Origin: Spironucleus salmonicida
Taxonomy: Eukaryota
Reading direction: 5' to 3'
DNA: 64,000 nucleotides
Assembly: GCF_000497125.1 (NCBI RefSeq)
Contig: NC_090601.1
Location: forward strand, 310,001-374,000
Shown here: positions 41,716 through 53,608 of the stretch, in pieces
Position numbering within the stretch: position 1 is the first letter of the stretch
Layout of the letters: every line of letters starts with the position of its first letter
Position numbers and translations under genes: made by a program
The notes under the pieces: generated by a model
The model's input: the letters and a program-made list of their open reading frames with translations, nothing else
The model's database searches: none
Told to the model about the DNA's origin: nothing

Positions 41716-42258
41716 TCATATTTCTACTCCACCCCTTCCTCTTACACTTCCAACTTTCCATTCTTCTGAATCTTCAACTTCTAAACAGATCAAATTATCG
41801 TCCAAAGTAAGCAAAAAATTAGGCTGAACTTCATCCAAAATACATATACTATAACTACTGCTATTACTCATATTAAGTTTCTTGAATTTTGGTGCCGAAT
41901 TTTCATGTTAAATTGGTCGTTTTGGAGATGTTTAAGGTCGTTTTGGCATTCTAAACTAGCCTGTAAACAGCGGAGTTTGTAGTTGGGGAGGGGAAGTTTT
42001 CAATTCAATTTAAATATGATTTTCTATTTTTTTAAAGTTAAAACTAATAGTGGTTAAAACAAAGTCTTATGGTAATTCTTAGGCCCCAGCGGCTTTTGTT
42101 CTTGCAATTTATCGCTTTGCTGTTTTTCCTACAGTTGGAGGTTTCGAAAAAATAGCATATTACGGTTAAAGAATAAAAGAAGTTGGAATTTAGGCAAAAT
42201 TTGAGCTATAGAATGCCAGTTTTTATGTTAGTGAGCAAGCAGATTTTGGGCGGTTCAT
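41716..42258 (-). CDS. hypothetical protein, 180 aa
   Basis: Continuous frame MNRPKSACSLTQK...VRGRGGVEI*. Confidence 0.65.
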
Positions 42259-42493
42259 TTACTAAAATATTTAGTATTTATACGTATATAATAATAGATC
42301 TCCGGTTTTTAGTATATGGTAAAATAGAGAATAAATAAAACAGCTAAGAGATAAATTATATAGTATCTGATAAGTGCTTGCTGTTATTTATTAATAACAG
42401 TTTATTAAGAGTCAGTAATAGTATTAACAAATATATTTTAAATAAATTATATAATAATATAATATTATTTACTTTCCGCACGCCTCTTCTTTC

Positions 42494-42958
42494 ATGTCAA
42501 AAACTCCCCCTAAATATGAAACAGACAAAGGTCGATAACGCTTTGAAAGACCGAAAAAAATTTCAAGGTTATAATTATTAAGTGAAGAAATTGTTAAATC
42601 TAGTAATACTCCACAACAATAAGTATTCAAGTACCGCTACCCGCAACCGAAAACTGACGTGAAGGCCGGCTCAAACTAGTGCTTCATAAATATGATGTTA
42701 TCACACTCGGCAATCTATTCGGCATTCTGTTACGTGACGCGCAAGAGGATATCAATCGTGCCGAGTAATTTGTTGGATGTGTTAGCTGTTAAATCCACAT
42801 CGTACAATGTGCTACTAAACTAGGAGTAGAAGTCACTACTTTGGATCAACGACCGCAAACTCCCGGAGAGGGTGATATTGATTGATGCCATTCTGTAGGA
42901 GCCAGGTCTAAACGATACGTGGATTGCAAAACTGAATGCTATGAAAACCTAAAAGTGA
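42494..42958 (+). CDS. chimeric hypothetical protein, 154 aa (46 unique aa + 108 aa from the duplicated arm)
   Basis: C-rich motif before ATG; frame crosses the repeat boundary at 42631/42632 and ends in AAGTGA. Confidence 0.65.
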
Positions 42959-42977
42959 TTCTGTGTGCCACTCCAAA

Positions 42978-43334
42978 ATGGACGCCAACCATATAACATA
43001 AACATCTATTCAGCATATTTACAAGCTCAACGCCCTACGGTCGACGATTGCCTTAGAATACGAGAAGATATCCAGAGATATTCAGGAGTTACGTCGCATT
43101 TAGGTTGAGCTAAAGCTTCCATTGAGTCTTGCGATGAAGACTCTAAATGACCTCATGGTTGAAAAGTCTAATTAACTGCATAAGCTGGATCTGTAGATTA
43201 AGATGTTTGCACTCGCGTGCACACAGGCCGAGAAAACTCTCGAAGAATTTGCTTTCATGGGTCCGCTTATTTCTCGCATCACGTATCCGGAGGTTGCAGT
43301 ACGATCTAGAGTATTAGTTGAGTTCCGGAAGTGA
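42978..43334 (+). CDS. small coiled-coil hypothetical protein, 118 aa (copy 1)
   Basis: MDANHITQTSIQHIYKLN...VLVEFRK* with CCACTCC upstream and AAGTGA stop. Confidence 0.72.
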
Positions 43335-43340
43335 TCACTT
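43329..43340. terminator. back-to-back AGTGA stop/polyadenylation signals of convergent genes
   Basis: Palindrome AAGTGATCACTT; stops at 43332-43334 (+) and 43337-43335 (-). Confidence 0.6.
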
Positions 43341-44426
43341 AAACCTCACCTCACCAATTTTATCCTCGATCTCGACACCTTTATACAGTATCTTCTAAAA
43401 TTTGCCTTTCATTATATGGTACATGAACAAATCCTACTTTGTTGGGGTCCCATAGAAGGTACCAACTGCTTAGTTGATAATGCTTCGATGCTCTGATTGA
43501 AATTCATTAAGATTCTCTAAAATTTTATAATCTAAACTATCAATTTAGTCCTATAACTTAGCTATAACTGGTCCTAAAACAAAAATTCCATAGTCACAAC
43601 ATTGATATTGATGCACTTCAGTATTTAAGTACTAAACTATCGGAGTTATCCCATCTCCCTTGTACATTGGCCCAGAATAAGAGTTTCGAACAAATTAGTT
43701 CCTGCAGCGAAGTAAGTTATCCACTTTATACGGTAAAAGATCGCATGTAGAATAGTGTTAAATAGTATCTTACGATAGTGGGACCTGTTGCTTTGTTTCG
43801 TACGGTTCATGTGTGAAAGAGAAAGTGGAAGATAGAGATGAGTGTGATATGATGATATCTGATGATAATCTAAACAATATGGCCTTATTCACACCATTCT
43901 CATAAAGAATTTTATCACCTTTAGTCATAACCACATGCCTTTGATCTAAATTCTACAAAGAACATATGTGATAGAATGCTCTAAGCGATTAAAAGCCTGA
44001 GAAATCTCGAGGTATACTCATTGTAACAAACGAGGTAAGAACACGTGAATCATGTTAACATAGTTATAAAAATGGTCGAATATAAAATTCAACAATAGCA
44101 CGAGCCATTCGAAACCCGTACTACATGTTTATCTAGCCTATAGTTTACAAATAGATTTGAAGATAAGATACTATTGCCTATGTTAACGCAAAATCATCAG
44201 TAATTACTAATAGTTATTCCCATTACTTAATATATGCTGTTTTATCTGAAAAATTGATCTACTCAAGCGGTGAAGGTCCAAACTATAGAGATAATTAAAA
44301 AGCTGCTGTAAAATATGATGCCTCTCTTATTTAAGATTCAATATTCTATACTGATTCAATATAGAGAATCTAATTATCTTTTGTAAACTCATCTATGATA
44401 TTTTCTGGAAGCAAAATATAAATCAT
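43335..44426 (-). CDS. hypothetical protein, 363 aa (copy 1)
   Basis: MIYILLPENIIDEFTK...IGEVRFK* continuous frame, AAGTGA stop. Confidence 0.78.
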
Positions 44427-44469
44427 TTAAAGTTTAGATATATTATGAATAATATATATGATATGTCAC

Positions 44470-45204
44470 TCAAAGGAACCCATCCTGGAAAGCCTTCCTC
44501 ATATCATCTACGGCGTTTTAATTCATCTATAAACCAAATATAGCTTATACTACGCCGATTTCAGTATTACTGCAATCTCTACCAACAAATCCAACGAAGT
44601 CATTGACAAGGATGCCACCAGAGACCAATTAGCCACCCTTATTTACAGTACCTGAACACACAGGGACACCCAAAAGGGATGCTAATTCTTCTTACTCTTC
44701 CCTGGATACATTGGATCCAACTAAGCATCCCTTATTCGTTACTTTCATGAGAGAACCAACAAGACCAACTCCACCCACGGCGTGGCGAACTACCTCTACG
44801 CCTAAAGCATCAGCTACTACTTCTTCAGTTTCACGCTCTGCATCAGGATGAATTAAGCAAAAATTATCATTACATGCAATAATGTTTCCTAATGCAGAGA
44901 GACGCTCATCAAGTTTTTAAACTACAACATCATCAGGAAGAGCATTCCTAATATTCAAAAATTCTGAATCCGTAACACCTGAAGGTAAAAGTAATCCTTT
45001 TGAGTTACCAGCACATAAGCGTCCTAATAACTTAGAGTTTGCAATAGTAGAGCGGAAAGCAGCCACACCATGTGGTGCTAATGTAGATTCGAGCAATGAA
45101 AAGTAATGAGCTGCTGGAGAAGGTGCAGAGATACAATAATTATTAGTCATTATAGCGAAGACACCGACATCAGGGGAGTTTTCAAAATGTGTTGTATAAG
45201 TCAT
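44470..45204 (-). CDS. EIF6: eukaryotic translation initiation factor 6, 244 aa
   Basis: FENSPDVGVF, GRLCAGNSKGLLLP, ERLSALGNIIACND, GTVNKG, FVGRDCSNTEI. Confidence 0.96.
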
Positions 45205-45261
45205 TGACAGGAAGGGTAAGTGAAAGGGATTTAAAAATAAATATGAAAATAATAATATATA

Positions 45262-46290
45262 TCACAAATATTTTTATGCGTCTTACTCACCAATTGCCTC
45301 ATAATAAAGCTCAAACAACATCATCAAACTATCTAATTTACTGTCATTATAATAAGGAATATCTAATAAAGTACAAATAACCTAAAAATACTAAATTACG
45401 TCTAATTATATTTATGCAGTAGGAAGTAATATTTATTTAACATCATCTTCAAACGTTTTATCGTACATTTCTAAGCATTGTTGATTAATGGGGTGTTTAT
45501 ATTCATATTTTTATGGAGATTTTTAATGTAATTATTCAATTTAAAAAATAAAATCATTTAAAGTTGATAAGTCTGTAACTATAGGTACTTCACAATATTT
45601 TTGGTGTTTTTAGTATAATTTTATTTATGTTTAGCTTAGTTTCGAGATAAGAACTACTTTATTTGATTAATTTATACAAGGTTCGTCTAATACAGATACC
45701 CCTATTTTATCAATTGAGTTATCTGGTCGAGGTAATTTAATATATGGATCCACTTCTCCTATAGAAGGCTAGTACTCTTAAAGAAACGGGACAAATAAAG
45801 TTTCCAATAACATTTCAGTAGGTTAAAATAGTTTATACATATTAATTAGGTCATCATTACTTAATTAAGTGAAATCTAAATCCACGGATTATTCTTCACA
45901 TTAAAGTATATATTTAGTCTAGTTTTGATTAACACGAGAAGATATATGATGCTCATGATGAATAATACCTTCAGTTTATTCAGATAATTAATTAATATTA
46001 TTATTTTGCACTACATCTTAAATTTCATCTTACAGGTTTGCACTAGATATATCGTTATTATATTTTTATTAACATCCATTTTATAATTACTCTGGTGAGT
46101 TAAACAGTTTTTATGAATTGATTATTTCCTCTTCCTAGTCACCTTGGCTGATCGAATCAGAGATTGATGGCGTGGAAGATACAGAATTTCTTAAGTTGCG
46201 CATAATTACAGATTCTAAAGAAGATGGTGCATTAATTTAATATGTTTCATCCATGGAATCTCGAGGCTTTGTTTTCTTAATCGATGCCAT
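45262..46290 (-). CDS. hypothetical protein, 342 aa, in the spacer of the inverted repeat
   Basis: MASIKKTKPRDSMDE...GEQDAQKYL*; frame arithmetic consistent. Confidence 0.72.
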
Positions 46291-46392
46291 TTTAAAAATT
46301 TTATCCAGGAATACAATATAATTAATTTTAATATATTTTTATTTTTATCAATGAAAATTTAAATAGTAAAAAAATTATACCCGTATTATCAA

Positions 46393-46733
46393 ATGCTTTA
46401 GGCGTAGAGGTAGTTCGCCACGCCGTGGGTGGAGTTGGTCTTGTTGGTTCTCTCATGAAAGTAACGAATAAGGGATGCTTAGTTGGATCCAATGTATCCA
46501 GGGAAGAGTAAGAAGAATTAGCATCCCTTTTGGGTGTCCCTGTGTGTTCAGGTACTGTAAATAAGGGTGGCTAATTGGTCTCTGGTGGCATCCTTGTCAA
46601 TGACTTCGTTGGATTTGTTGGTAGAGATTGCAGTAATACTGAAATCGGCGTAGTATAAGCTATATTTGGTTTATAGATGAATTAAAACGCCGTAGATGAT
46701 ATGAGGAAGGCTTTCCAGGATGGGTTCCTTTGA
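46393..46733 (+). pseudogene. 5'-truncated eIF6 copy (last ~113 codons)
   Basis: ALGVEVVRHAVGGVGLVGS...FQDGFL* lacks the N-terminal half; nearby ATGs at 46351 and 46393 are out of frame. Confidence 0.88.
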
Positions 46734-46776
46734 GTGACATATCATATATATTATTCATAATATATCTAAACTTTAA

Positions 46777-47868
46777 ATGATTTATATTTTGCTTCCAGAA
46801 AATATCATAGATGAGTTTACAAAAGATAATTAGATTCTCTATATTGAATCAGTATAGAATATTGAATCTTAAATAAGAGAGGCATCATATTTTACAGCAG
46901 CTTTTTAATTATCTCTATAGTTTGGACCTTCACCGCTTGAGTAGATCAATTTTTCAGATAAAACAGCATATATTAAGTAATGGGAATAACTATTAGTAAT
47001 TACTGATGATTTTGCGTTAACATAGGCAATAGTATCTTATCTTCAAATCTATTTGTAAACTATAGGCTAGATAAACATGTAGTACGGGTTTCGAATGGCT
47101 CGTGCTATTGTTGAATTTTATATTCGACCATTTTTATAACTATGTTAACATGATTCACGTGTTCTTACCTCGTTTGTTACAATGAGTATACCTCGAGATT
47201 TCTCAGGCTTTTAATCGCTTAGAGCATTCTATCACATATGTTCTTTGTAGAATTTAGATCAAAGGCATGTGGTTATGACTAAAGGTGATAAAATTCTTTA
47301 TGAGAATGGTGTGAATAAGGCCATATTGTTTAGATTATCATCAGATATCATCATATCACACTCATCTCTATCTTCCACTTTCTCTTTCACACATGAACCG
47401 TACGAAACAAAGCAACAGGTCCCACTATCGTAAGATACTATTTAACACTATTCTACATGCGATCTTTTACCGTATAAAGTGGATAACTTACTTCGCTGCA
47501 GGAACTAATTTGTTCGAAACTCTTATTCTGGGCCAATGTACAAGGGAGATGGGATAACTCCGATAGTTTAGTACTTAAATACTGAAGTGCATCAATATCA
47601 ATGTTGTGACTATGGAATTTTTGTTTTAGGACCAGTTATAGCTAAGTTATAGGACTAAATTGATAGTTTAGATTATAAAATTTTAGAGAATCTTAATGAA
47701 TTTCAATCAGAGCATCGAAGCATTATCAACTAAGCAGTTGGTACCTTCTATGGGACCCCAACAAAGTAGGATTTGTTCATGTACCATATAATGAAAGGCA
47801 AATTTTAGAAGATACTGTATAAAGGTGTCGAGATCGAGGATAAAATTGGTGAGGTGAGGTTTAAGTGA
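46777..47868 (+). CDS. hypothetical protein, 363 aa (copy 2)
   Basis: Inverted copy of 43335-44426; translated fully without internal TGA. Confidence 0.78.
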
Positions 47869-48225
47869 TCACTTCCGGAACTCAACTAATACTCTAGATC
47901 GTACTGCAACCTCCGGATACGTGATGCGAGAAATAAGCGGACCCATGAAAGCAAATTCTTCGAGAGTTTTCTCGGCCTGTGTGCACGCGAGTGCAAACAT
48001 CTTAATCTACAGATCCAGCTTATGCAGTTAATTAGACTTTTCAACCATGAGGTCATTTAGAGTCTTCATCGCAAGACTCAATGGAAGCTTTAGCTCAACC
48101 TAAATGCGACGTAACTCCTGAATATCTCTGGATATCTTCTCGTATTCTAAGGCAATCGTCGACCGTAGGGCGTTGAGCTTGTAAATATGCTGAATAGATG
48201 TTTATGTTATATGGTTGGCGTCCAT
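47869..48225 (-). CDS. small coiled-coil hypothetical protein, 118 aa (copy 2)
   Basis: Inverted copy of 42978-43334. Confidence 0.72.
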
Positions 48226-48244
48226 TTTGGAGTGGCACACAGAA

Positions 48245-48751
48245 TCACTTTTAGGTTTTCATAGCATTCAGTTTTGCAATCCACGTATCGTTTAGACCTG
48301 GCTCCTACAGAATGGCATCAATCAATATCACCCTCTCCGGGAGTTTGCGGTCGTTGATCCAAAGTAGTGACTTCTACTCCTAGTTTAGTAGCACATTGTA
48401 CGATGTGGATTTAACAGCTAACACATCCAACAAATTACTCGGCACGATTGATATCCTCTTGCGCGTCACGTAACAGAATGCCGAATAGATTGCCGAGTGT
48501 GATAACATCATATTTATGAAGCACTAGTTTGAGCCGGCCTTCACGTCAGTTTTCGGTTGCGGGTAGCGGTATTTCTCCTGTTTGGTATTAAGATAGTGTT
48601 TTTCTTGTTGTATCAGCTATAAATGTACTTATCCATAATGTGAAAATTCACCAATCTCAATCGGTTCAAAATCAGATATATCAAAATAAGCATCATCTGG
48701 AAAATGAGTAGGAGACAATGAATCTATTGTTAGACAAGTTTAACGTTCCAT
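48245..48751 (-). CDS. hypothetical protein, 168 aa (probable parent of the chimera at 42494)
   Basis: MERQTCLTIDSLSPTHFPDDAYF...KQEK|YRYPQPKTDVKAG...MKTQK*. Confidence 0.7.
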
Positions 48752-49232
48752 TTTGAAATGAATATGATTTCTCCGTAAATGTGGATTTATGTATAATATT
48801 ATAAAATATAAAGTTAATTTATTTTAATTTTGTGGTTTAGAATAGATTTACTATTACTTTAATATTTTATAGTAATGGCTAGGATTGTTTTTAGAGCGTT
48901 ACAATATTAGCAATTATAATATATGTTATACTATTTAATCACTAAATTTCGTTAATAGTTAAAATAGTAATATTTATATAATTTTTATCAAGGATAACGG
49001 AAGTTTTTAAACTGAAAATTAGCTGTAAGCAATTCTATACTTGTTATTAAATTATTAGTATAATATAATGCAAGAATGGTAAATATATTTATTCTTAATT
49101 ATTACAATACACAAATCAACCTAAAATTTAAAATTGTGGAACGAGACATATTTTAAATAAATTTTATAATTTAAAAGCTAATAGACAAATACTTGAATAT
49201 AAAAATTTGCCCTATTAATTAAAAATAAAATA

Positions 49233-51947
49233 TCACTCAATATCAACTATATTTTGAGAAACTCTGCCTTACTAGCTAATGGGTTTAGGAATCGGAATAG
49301 GTCTCTTATTTAAAGGTGAACTATAGAGATTTCCTAACATTTTATTAACTTGAGTAGTTTTCTATTAATTTTTGTGCTTAAAAATAATTGGTGGCACTAG
49401 TATTTTAGAATAATTAAGATTCTTCTGATACTATTTGACAGTAATTTACGTCGAATCTTCTTAAATTGCAAAAAATTAAACATTTTATTAACTACCAGAA
49501 CGATGAACTTAATATTCTGAACATGGAATCTGGTATTCTCTAATATCCTCTATATCTGTTCCTGCTTTTAGTGCAAAAACGGCTTTTTCCATATTAGTCA
49601 TTCTATGTTTTTATACACTGACTTTTACATCAGCAATTTCAAAAACAGGATCTGGCATGGTAGGAGGAGATAAAATATTAACAACCTATCGTTTAGGCAA
49701 TGCAACTACTTTTTCAACTACTGCTCGCTCTTCCTTGTCCATTTTATCATTATAAAATGTGGCAACTTTGCCTTACCCATCGACTAAAAATCGTTAGATT
49801 TGCTGTTAAAATTTAAGATTTCTTTGCTTTTTTAGTTCTAGTTTTCGCAACTCTTCAACCCTGCGTTCTTCCTCCTCTTTTTTGCGAAGTTATTCCGCTT
49901 CTTTCCTTTCCTCCTCTTCTTTTCGTCTAGCAAACTCAAAAGCATCGAACTGCCCATCTTCTTTATAACCCCAATCTGAGGATCGTAATTTTGACTGTTC
50001 GCGCTATAATTCTCGCTACCGTTCCTTACTATTTTTTGCCTTTTCTTCTTCTTATCTAATTTTATCCTCCTCGTCTTTTATACGTTATAATTCTGCCTAT
50101 TCAGCTTGATATTTAGCTTCTTCGGCAAGTCTTTTTTCCTCTTCGATTCTTCTTTTTTCCTCTTCTAATCTAAGTATTTCATCTTTTAAACTGTCTTAAA
50201 ATGTTATTCCCGGTTATTATGGTGAGAACATAAATAACATTTTAGATTTTCCTCCAAAATATTCGAATACCAAATTTGGATTAAAACCTGTATTCGTAGA
50301 AGTTCGAGCAGTCATTAAAGCCATACTTTACCTAGTAATATTAGTCACACTCTATCTTTCTATTGTTTCACTTTCCCTTATTTCTGTTGTATCTTCATCT
50401 GGGATTTTCGGATATTCTGTAATTTTCTTTGCTTCAGAATAAATCATATCCTAACAGTAAAATCTAACAGTACAAGACTGAGTTAAAATAGTATCTATAG
50501 CACCATTTGATTTTTTAACCGCTTCTTCAATTTATTTTTTTGGAATTGAGATTTTTTATAATCTAAAATGACTTCCTTTTTCATATATCAAACAATGCAT
50601 TGATATACCTTTACTAGAAGATGCTATTAAAGATTTTTAATTGTTAGTCAAAAGTTTGACAACAGATGATAAATTTCCTCTATGCATCATCTAAATATGT
50701 AATTTATTATCTATTGGTTTACAAATCGCAATATTTCCAGTTCCAATTTCAAACTTTTAAATTAAATTTTAATGCGAAATCTCTTTATTATTCATTAATA
50801 AGAACCCAAATTAAATACTACTTTATGGTATTTTCGCAGCGAGTAGAGCGATAGACTTGTGTAATGGTTAAAAATCCAAAAATAAAGCTGTAGGGTGACA
50901 TTCTTTTGGTACAAATGAAGTTTCTATATAAAACATAACTTCTCCACAAACTTAAAACTATTAATAATCATCAGATGCAACTGATATTTCTTCACATATA
51001 TGTATATCTGATTATATAATTTTTAGTAGTTTCTTATTTTCTGACTCAGTTTACCAAGGAATTGATGCATAATTACTTTTATTAATAGTAACAAGTTTAT
51101 GGTTCAATAGTTGAAAATATCTATTAATAAGCCCTGGATTTAATAATTACTAAAACTTTACATTAACACCATTCTTTGTTTAAAATGTCTCCAACCCATT
51201 TCTTTACATATAAATAATAGTATCAAGAAAACATAAAACTCGTGGATCAAACTGTAAATCAATTTATTCTACATTAAATAAAGCTCCTTTTGTAAGAAGT
51301 TGATTTGGATAAAATTTCATATTAAAAAGAGTGAAACTATTCTATTTTTCTCCTATTTTTACTGCAAAAATAATCTTAATTAGTAATTCAGGTTAATAAG
51401 GAATAAGAATATTCGATAGATCACCATGTCGACCTCCTAAAAACTTAATGACTTTCATTTTATCAGTCTATATTTCTACTGCTATAAAATTGCTAAAATT
51501 AAGCTCACAAAGTGGAAACTTGAAATCGTTCAAATTGAGTTCAACAAGGGGAAATCTGCACACTCCTTGCATAGGTACTTCAGTAACGACAATTTCAGAC
51601 ACAATTTCTCCTATTTTAGATTTAAAAATTATCACTTGGTGTTCTGTAGAAGTCAATTAGATTTAAGAAGTCGCGTGGAAATAATGAATATCATAAACAT
51701 TAAGCTATGTATCATACTATTAGATTAGAGAAACTTAGAGTAGTAGAATTATGCTAGAATCATACGGCTAAATTTGAAGTTCAACGATTCCATGTAATTG
51801 AGAAACTGGCGCAAATGAAGAATTAGACTCATATTAGATTTATTCATCAGGAATCATAATTCCTTTAATAGATGTATGCGTTGCACTTTACGATTTTAGA
51901 TTTGTATGCTTGAGTTCGTACCCAATTAACACATTATAATATGGCAT
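49233..51947 (-). CDS. large hypothetical protein with charged helical segment, 904 aa
   Basis: ATG 51947 in frame with ORF-track fragment 51468-51656 and GAGTGA stop; E/K/R-rich tract around 49800-50190. Confidence 0.78.
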
Positions 51948-51986
51948 TTTGTTTTTAAAAAATTTATATTTCATTCTTATATTATA

Positions 51987-53603
51987 ATGATATAATTTTC
52001 ATTTCCCTAAGTTTATATGAACTAGGATTTTATGGAGTTTATGTTCGATTTAGTGAGCTGTTAAGACATTATTGATGACCCTAGTAATATTTTGTACCCT
52101 TTATAAGTGGTCAAGAAATTTTGTATAGATAATCAGCATGGTGACGAGCTGTGTAGAATTTGCGGCTAGCAAACAATTCCAACATCTGAATTTGAACCAG
52201 AATGGGTACAATGTGAACACTGCTAATAGTGGGTGCATATCTACTGCGACGGAATCCATAACTAACAGCTGCTATCTACAATGCAATATGTATGCCCTTT
52301 CTGCCGAACGCGACATTGTTTACCACACCCATGCACAGAAAATGATATGTTAGCTAAAGACCCTAGATAGGAAGCTGAGCTTAAGAAATTCACAGGAAGG
52401 CCAAAGAAAGATAAACCAAAAAAGGAAGAAAAAGTCCCAGCTTTAGAAGTTATAAAAGTGGATTAAGATTAGCTTTTAGAAGATTTGTGCGTTATCATAG
52501 GTCCTGAGTCACCTTATAAAGAAGTTACGCCGTAATAATCTCTTATTTGGCTTAGATCGTCATTTAGTGCAGTTAAATAGCAGGTTATTCCTGTATATAG
52601 ATAAGCATTGTTACGGTGCTAAAAGACTCAAAAAATTCAAGATATTAATATGTAAAATGATGATTGTGTAACAGAAAATATAATATCACTTTTCTTTAGG
52701 GAATATTTAGAAACAATCGATCCAATTGGTTAGCGTAAAATCGAAGAATGGGAGAGAAAAAATAAACCAATCATTGAAAATCTTATAAGCACACGTGGTG
52801 GTCCTGATATTGATATGAAACAACATATGAAACTCTTCTTGCCAGTGCTTCCAGATGATGCTAAATTAAGAGAAAAGCTTACAACAGTTACTTTTGATTG
52901 TATTTTAGAACATATCGAACAAATTAGGTTTTCTTACATTAAAACCATTCTCCCTGAAGTAGCTAGAGCCACTTTAATATACCAAGATCTGTCATAAAAT
53001 CTAGATCCTTCTATTTTAACTCTCACACCAGAAAAAATATATAATTATTTTGGAACTTTATACCTTAATCCAGAACCAGATTTATCACCTGCAGCATATC
53101 TTCCAGCTCATAAGCTGTTATCCTCTTCATCAAAATAGAAACTTAATAAGCCAGATAAAATCACTTCTCGGCAGTGGTTCGATTTAACTTCGCGTGGAGT
53201 TAAACATTTTCAAGGGATAACACTTATTAGACAAACAATTTTATTAGCTTTAGTACAAGTTGGGCTTGGTGCTAATATACTAGATCGTGTGTTCTCTGAA
53301 TAATTAACAAATTCTTGTATTCAGTTTGGAGCAGATTCTGCCAGGCGGCTTGCTGGCCGTTTGGCGCGGCATGATGCTTATTTTGGTGGTTTTGGTGCTG
53401 CAATGAAACCAGCTGCTCCATGTGAGCACGAGTTCGCTGATACAAAATGTTAATGCGGTATCCCTGAGGATGGAAAAGTTGGTGAAAAAACTGATATTGA
53501 TGAAGATTCGTAGATTTAGGATTGGGATATTTTGGAAACCCCTAGTAGTGTAGTTTGGGGACTAAAAGCGATAGGTGACTTCCTGGAGATAAGGATTGAT
53601 TGA
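51987..53603 (+). CDS. PHD finger protein, 538 aa
   Basis: CRICG...WVQCEHCQQWVHIYCDG...YVCPFC (C4HC3). Confidence 0.85.
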
Positions 53604-53608
53604 AAAAT

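Larger units (their letters stand above)
42632..44810. repeat. left arm of 2179-bp inverted duplication
   Basis: Reverse complement of 46393-48571 (paired coordinates sum to 91203 at both ends and at internal spot checks). Confidence 0.97.
46393..48571. repeat. right arm of 2179-bp inverted duplication
   Basis: Reverse complement of 42632-44810. Confidence 0.97.

Noticed and set aside
42630-42885. Alternative frame with in-frame TGA (...ATEN*REGRLKL...) suggesting selenocysteine or readthrough
   Set aside because: Another frame is open from both upstream ATGs and ends at AAGTGA; no redox motif or SECIS seen
42632-48571. Inverted arms as transposon terminal repeats
   Set aside because: Arms consist of ordinary host genes, the spacer has no transposase and no target-site duplication is evident
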